DNA of 64,000 nt from an uncultured archaeon (GTDB lineage Archaea > Altiarchaeota > Altiarchaeia > JAFGQM01): positions 78,737 through 142,736 of the forward strand of contig CAZQBY010000001.1 of the NCBI GenBank assembly GCA_964592405.1. Reading direction: 5' to 3'. Shown one piece after another: positions 59,174 through 64,000 of this stretch. Below the pieces are notes generated by a model. The model saw nothing but the letters and a program-made list of their open reading frames with translations, was not told the origin of the DNA and searched no databases. Made by a program: the position numbers and the translations under genes. Position 1 is the first letter of the stretch. Each line of letters starts with the position of its first letter.

Positions 59174-60637
59174 TTATCGCTTACCGGGCTCTTGGGACGG
59201 CTGTGGCGGCCTTCCAAACAAATCTGGCGTCTCCCTGATAAGACCCTCCAGGTCCAGATAGAACCTCTTGATGAATGCTGCCACATCCTCCTGTGCCCTT
59301 ATCTGGTGCCTCAGCATGTACGCCAGCACCGCTTGCCTCAACTCCAACTCCTTGACAATCTTCGCCTTGTCAAATTTTGTGGCATGTGAGAGCTTGTCCA
59401 GGAACAGTATTGGTGTTTTGAGACCCTGTTCGCTGCTTCTTACCACTTGATCTATCTGGGGATCCCACTGATATATCTGGCCCATCATTACTGTATCCTT
59501 TATGGCACCGGTAACCTCTACAACTTCGGTTACCCGTCTGACCAGTTTGTCCTTGTGGACAAACTTGTTCTGGACCATTATAATGTCCAGCGAGCCTATT
59601 ATGCTCGCAGGCACGTTCATCGGTGCGCTCTCCAAGCGTGAGGCCACCTCCCGCGCACTTGAGGAGTGAAGGGTCCCCATACCAACCCTGCCTATGTTCA
59701 TGGCATTGAAGAGTGTAATGGCCTCTTTGCCCCTTATCTCACCTATTATCACACGGTCTGGTCTCATTCTCAGGGTGTCTCTCAGCAGGGCATCCATATC
59801 ATATCCGCGGCTTGCCTCCAACTGGACCTTGTTCTCTATGTTGTTTGGATTCAGTTCCAGTGTGTCTTCAATTGTTATTACCCTCTCGGTTGGTGGTATA
59901 AACGTGCACAGAGCATTCAGCGTTGTGGTCTTTCCGCTCCCTATTGAGCCGGCTATTATGATATTGGCAGGTGTCAGTTTCATGCCTTCCACAGCCATCC
60001 ACATAAAGGCTGCCAAGTCCAGCGATAATGTGCCCTGTTCTATAAGCTCAATAATACTGAAGGTCTTTCTCCTTTGTTTTCTTATTGTCACGGTTGGGCC
60101 CTTTGATGGCAGTGGTCCGGCAGTTATATTTATCCTGTTGCCGTCAATGGCGGCCAGATCAACTATGTGCTCAGTTGCCTTGTTGTTGACCATACATAGC
60201 TGGGAAATGAGGGCACTGATTTCCTCAGTATCTGGAAATATAATGTTTGTTTTACACATGCCGTATTTCCTGTGATAGACATAAACAGGGAGGTTTATCC
60301 CATTGACCATTATCTCCTCAAGATTGTCATCATCTACCAACAATCCAAGTCTGCCATAGCCAAGCGCCATGCCTGTCATCTTCTTTGCAAGGAAGTCTCG
60401 GTGGGGAGACTTGGACAGCCTCTTCTTTATCTGGTTTTTGAGCATTTCCCACCGGGCCGAGATATCTGGCTCAGCCCTGATGTTATTTATGTCCCTTTGC
60501 ATAACCACCTTCCTGTAGTTCCGCAGCACCTCCACGTCAGCCTTGGTGAGCCTAGGCTCTATTACTGTATACAGGGGTGTTGCCTCTCCCTCTTCCTCCT
60601 TTATCCGCACGTTTTCGTATTCTTCCAGAACCTCCAT
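59174..60637 (-). CDS. Second type IV pilus ATPase (CpaF/VirB11 family)
   Basis: GSIGSGKTT, TIEDTLEL, LRMRPDRVIIGEIRG, GTLHS. Confidence 0.93.
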   Translation of the reverse strand: MEVLEEYENVRIKEEEGEATPLYTVIEPRLTKADVEVLRNYRKVVMQRDINNIRAEPDISARWEMLKNQIKKRLSKSPHRDFLAKKMTGMALGYGRLGLLVDDDNLEEIMVNGINLPVYVYHRKYGMCKTNIIFPDTEEISALISQLCMVNNKATEHIVDLAAIDGNRINITAGPLPSKGPTVTIRKQRRKTFSIIELIEQGTLSLDLAAFMWMAVEGMKLTPANIIIAGSIGSGKTTTLNALCTFIPPTERVITIEDTLELNPNNIENKVQLEASRGYDMDALLRDTLRMRPDRVIIGEIRGKEAITLFNAMNIGRVGMGTLHSSSAREVASRLESAPMNVPASIIGSLDIIMVQNKFVHKDKLVRRVTEVVEVTGAIKDTVMMGQIYQWDPQIDQVVRSSEQGLKTPILFLDKLSHATKFDKAKIVKELELRQAVLAYMLRHQIRAQEDVAAFIKRFYLDLEGLIRETPDLFGRPPQPSQEPGKR

Positions 60638-60827
60638 ATGGTTAATTATGCTATGCTGCTTAAAAATTCCAGCCGGTTCCCACCCCGGTGTAAAGCAGGA
60701 AGCTAGAAAGTCTCATTTCTGCCAAAATAAGCATTTTTATAGGAATAGCCGTAAAATTACACAGCTACAACCCTAGGAAACACAACCTTAGGATACAACC
60801 ACAACCCAAACAAAGAGGTTACAAAAA

Positions 60828-61265
60828 ATGACGCACAGAAAAGGACAAGGTGCTATGGAATACTTGATGACCTACGGGTGGGCAATACTCGTGGTCATCA
60901 TAGTAGGCGTGGTGCTCTGGCAGATGGGCATATTCAACCCGTCTGGAGGGGCTGCCCCCGGCATGAGTGGCTTTACAACCGTCAAGCCAAATGAGTGGGC
61001 ATGTAATGCAGATGATGGTACTCTGACCTTGGCAGTTGTCAATGCTGCCGGACAGCAGATCTCCGACCTGACTATATCCGGCGGGACCTGCACTAACACC
61101 ACACTAGCTGCCGGCGAAACAACCACCTGCACAATAACCGGTGAAAGCGACTGTGCTAGTGCCACTGCTGGCAGTAGGTTCGAGTCCACTGTGACTCTGA
61201 CCTATACTACCGAGACCGGCCTGAGCAGAAAGAGCACCGGAAAAGTCTGGGGCCCGGCAGAATAA
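60828..61265 (+). CDS. Probable major pilin
   Basis: RKG|QGAMEYLMTYGWAILVV; GAGGT RBS, own TTTTTATAGG promoter and a T-rich terminator. Confidence 0.9.
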   Translation: MTHRKGQGAMEYLMTYGWAILVVIIVGVVLWQMGIFNPSGGAAPGMSGFTTVKPNEWACNADDGTLTLAVVNAAGQQISDLTISGGTCTNTTLAAGETTTCTITGESDCASATAGSRFESTVTLTYTTETGLSRKSTGKVWGPAE

Positions 61266-61495
61266 GGTTTTATTTTGCCAGTATCCCCTCTTTCTTTTTT
61301 CTTATTCTTTTTTCCCTGCTTGTTTATTCTTTTCCCTGCTTTTTCCCTATTTGCAACGCTATTGCAACGCCCCCTTCAAGCCGCTTTCAGGGCGAATTCA
61401 GGCGATTGTGTTTGTTTGTGTCTGTTTGCAGTCTGGGAGGGACTCTGGAGTTACCAATTCCGTTTTTCTTAATCATACAGTCATATACCGTTGCA

Positions 61496-61948
61496 ATGAG
61501 GGCTCAGATGGGTCAAAAGGCCCAAGCGGCCATGGAGTATATCACCACCTACGGGTGGGCGGTGCTGGTAGTTGTCATAGTAGGCGTGGTGCTCTGGCAG
61601 ATGGGATTTTTTGACTTTAGCAGCAGGATATCGCCCCATTATTCAGGATTCAGCATCTTGGTCCCGATTGACTGGGAATTCACTACGACCAGCCCGACCA
61701 CATGCTCTCTGTCGGTGGTATTTTCCAATGGCGCAGGTGAAGACCTGAGTTCGGTAGCAGTCTTGGGAGGAGATACCTGCATACCATCGGATCTCCCACC
61801 GGGTGAGACCACCGTCTGCACCAAGACGCCCGACATCTGCCCGTCTCCGGGAAAGGCCTACAGGCAAGAGCTGGTTGTCACCTACCGGCGTTCCTCCGAT
61901 AACCAGTCTTTTCAGACTGCGGGGATTATCTGGGGCAATGCCGTATAA
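61496..61948 (+). CDS. Pilin paralog
   Basis: QKA|QAAMEYITTYGWAVLVV; start moved to ATG 61496 (or 61508). Confidence 0.88.
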   Translation: MRAQMGQKAQAAMEYITTYGWAVLVVVIVGVVLWQMGFFDFSSRISPHYSGFSILVPIDWEFTTTSPTTCSLSVVFSNGAGEDLSSVAVLGGDTCIPSDLPPGETTVCTKTPDICPSPGKAYRQELVVTYRRSSDNQSFQTAGIIWGNAV

Positions 61949-62056
61949 ACGGCACGGACCATGATACATGCCGGGTTTTAAGCATAAATGCTCTAATCTA
62001 CATCAAGAGCAATCTATATCAAAAACAACTCTGCAAGCAAAATGGGAGCAAGAAAA

Positions 62057-63316
62057 ATGGGCAAGACGATAGTCATAGTCGGCGGTCAGTGGGGTGATGA
62101 AGGCAAGGGCAAGATAGTGGATTTCCTGGCGGAAAAGGCAGATGTAATCGCAAGGGCCACTGGCGGCAACAACGCGGGCCACACGGTCGTGGTCGGCGAC
62201 AAGACCTTCAAGTTCCATTTGCTTCCATCCGGCACCATTCACCCCGGAAAACTCAACATATGCGGCAACGGCATGGTCATCTACCCGCCGCAGATAATCA
62301 GGGAGATAAACACCCTGGAAGAGAAGGGTTTCCACCTCACTGACAAGAACCTGCTCATCAGCTCAGCCGCCCACATCATAACGGAAGAGCATATAGAGAC
62401 TGACAAGAAGACGGGCAAGAAGGTGGGCACAACCGGGCGGGGAATAGGACCGTGCTACATGGCCAAGATAGGGAGGACCGGTATGCGCATGTCACAGTTC
62501 GTCAGGCAGGATATTCCCGAGGCAAAAAAACTCAGACCATTCGCTGGGGATACCTATTCTGTAATCAACAAGGCAATAGATGAGGGGAAGAATGTTCTGG
62601 TGGAGGGCGCGCAGGGGACTATGTTGGATATAGACCACGGGACATACCCTTATGTCACTTCTTCCAATCCAACTGCAGGAGGCGCATGCACGGGATTGGG
62701 TATCGGACCGACACGCATAGATGAGGTCATAGGTGTCATAAAGGCTTACACCACACGCGTCGGCAGGGGTCCGTTTCCCACAGAGCTCGGAACAGATGAG
62801 CAAACGATGAGTGAAGCTAGGGATACTCCTCTGACAAAAGAGGATATAGAAAAAGCCAACAGGGGGGACGAATATTCGATAGGAAAGGTCCTGCGGAAGC
62901 GTGGTGCGGAATACGGCACCACAACCGGCCGGGCGCGCAGGACCGGCTGGTTTGATGGAGTTGTGGCGCGCTATGCGCGCATCATAAACGGGCTGACTTC
63001 AATAGCCGTCACAAAGCTGGATTGCCTCTCTGACCTTAAGCATATAAAGCTGTGTGTAGCTTATGAGGTGGATGGCAGGATAACAAAAGACTATCCGACC
63101 GACTTGCATATACTGGAAAGGGTGAGACCTGTTTACGAGGAAATGGACGGCTGGGACAGTGATATCTCCGGCATTACGACCTTCAGCGACCTGCCGGCCG
63201 AGGCTAGGGCTTATGTAAAGCGCATAGAAGAGCTTACGGGGGCACCCATATCTATCCTCTCCTCCGGCCCGCAGAGGAGCAGGACCATGATACTGCGGGA
63301 AGACCTGCTATTCTGA
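62057..63316 (+). CDS. purA: Adenylosuccinate synthetase
   Basis: QWGDEGKGK, GGNNAGHT, GTTGRGIGP, EGAQG, GTTTGRARR, TKLD. Confidence 0.97.
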   Translation: MGKTIVIVGGQWGDEGKGKIVDFLAEKADVIARATGGNNAGHTVVVGDKTFKFHLLPSGTIHPGKLNICGNGMVIYPPQIIREINTLEEKGFHLTDKNLLISSAAHIITEEHIETDKKTGKKVGTTGRGIGPCYMAKIGRTGMRMSQFVRQDIPEAKKLRPFAGDTYSVINKAIDEGKNVLVEGAQGTMLDIDHGTYPYVTSSNPTAGGACTGLGIGPTRIDEVIGVIKAYTTRVGRGPFPTELGTDEQTMSEARDTPLTKEDIEKANRGDEYSIGKVLRKRGAEYGTTTGRARRTGWFDGVVARYARIINGLTSIAVTKLDCLSDLKHIKLCVAYEVDGRITKDYPTDLHILERVRPVYEEMDGWDSDISGITTFSDLPAEARAYVKRIEELTGAPISILSSGPQRSRTMILREDLLF

Positions 63317-63369
63317 AACTCCCACAAGAACCTGCAAGCAGAGACCGGGATTATTTGGGAATCAGAGAC

Positions 63370-63876
63370 TTACTCCAGCTCTAATCCCTTCTTGAGTGCC
63401 TTTGTCCTCTCCTCCGGCGTCATCATCTCCAGTATCCTGCCAGTGAGGGCTTGTACGGCTGCGCTCACATCAGCGGCAATGTTCTGCAGCTCACCGTTGG
63501 TTAGTGTAAACTTGTCCGGCCGCGTGATCTCAATAGCCGATGGGCCGTATCTTAGAGACAAATATATAACGGTCTGCGGATCTCTTGCCACGAAATTGCA
63601 CTCTACAAACCCCGAGTAGAGCTTCTCCTTCTCAATAACCGGATGGAACTTGACTTCTCTCACAGCAACTCCATCCTCATTCCGCAGATCCTTTAGAAGT
63701 GTCGCCTTTAGCGCCTCCGCGACGGTTTCCTGATCGCTACCGTGTGACTCTATAAAAAAAGTGGTTTCAATACCACCCTCTTCCAGTGCCTTGTCCGCCA
63801 CCTTGTTGTCCCCCCTCACGACAAGTATACCCTCTGGTCTCTTTTTTCCCTTTCTCTCCCGTTTCTCCTTGGCCAT
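63370..63876 (-). CDS. Hypothetical protein
   Basis: 168-aa ORF with YSGFVE and YGPSAIEI stretches; no function recognised. Confidence 0.75.
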   Translation of the reverse strand: MAKEKRERKGKKRPEGILVVRGDNKVADKALEEGGIETTFFIESHGSDQETVAEALKATLLKDLRNEDGVAVREVKFHPVIEKEKLYSGFVECNFVARDPQTVIYLSLRYGPSAIEITRPDKFTLTNGELQNIAADVSAAVQALTGRILEMMTPEERTKALKKGLELE

Positions 63877-64000
63877 TCCGCTAAATTTTAACCTCCAAGA
63901 ATAAAAACATCCAACTATCTTTATATGTTTTTAAAGACTATTTTATAACAATAACTGGTTGGCTTGAATAGGCCAGCATAAATAGTATCTAGCATAAATA

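Noticed and set aside
42776-61948. Archaellum (motility) operon
   Set aside because: No ArlB/ArlF/ArlG-type genes recognised; the pilins are of the QxxxEY type and are accompanied by vWA/Fn3 adhesins.

Overview
Archaeal chromosomal window (TBP, MCM, RFC-S, RecJ/Cdc45-like DHH protein, S-layer-type protein, class III-signal pilins, TTTTATA promoters). Gene content suggests a DPANN-affiliated lineage such as Altiarchaeota, but this is inference and not a placement. The left ~36 kb is mostly housekeeping: FBP aldolase/FBPase, acs plus acetate permease, guaAA, Grx/TrxB, an nrdR-nrdJ-cobO operon with tandem NrdR boxes, an Ftr-like/EhaR-like pair and purC, interspersed with basic ORFans. Two regions stand out. 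(1) 36.5-42.8 kb: a Cys-type selD, an uncharacterised PP-loop/CxxC protein and an ApgM-like mutase, followed by two TrmB-like regulators. One regulator faces two unannotated paralogous 35/36-aa micropeptides and the other faces a TATA-driven four-hairpin putative ncRNA; both promoters carry GTAGTA/TACTAC inverted motifs. (2) 42.8-62 kb: a type IV pilus locus with two ATPases, two platform proteins, six pilins/adhesins and three KaiC-like proteins. It also contains a stand-alone six-blade GyrA C-terminal pinwheel with an intact GyrA-box, fused to a wHTH domain shared with another gene of the locus. No rRNA, tRNA, CRISPR array, transposase or integrase was recognised.
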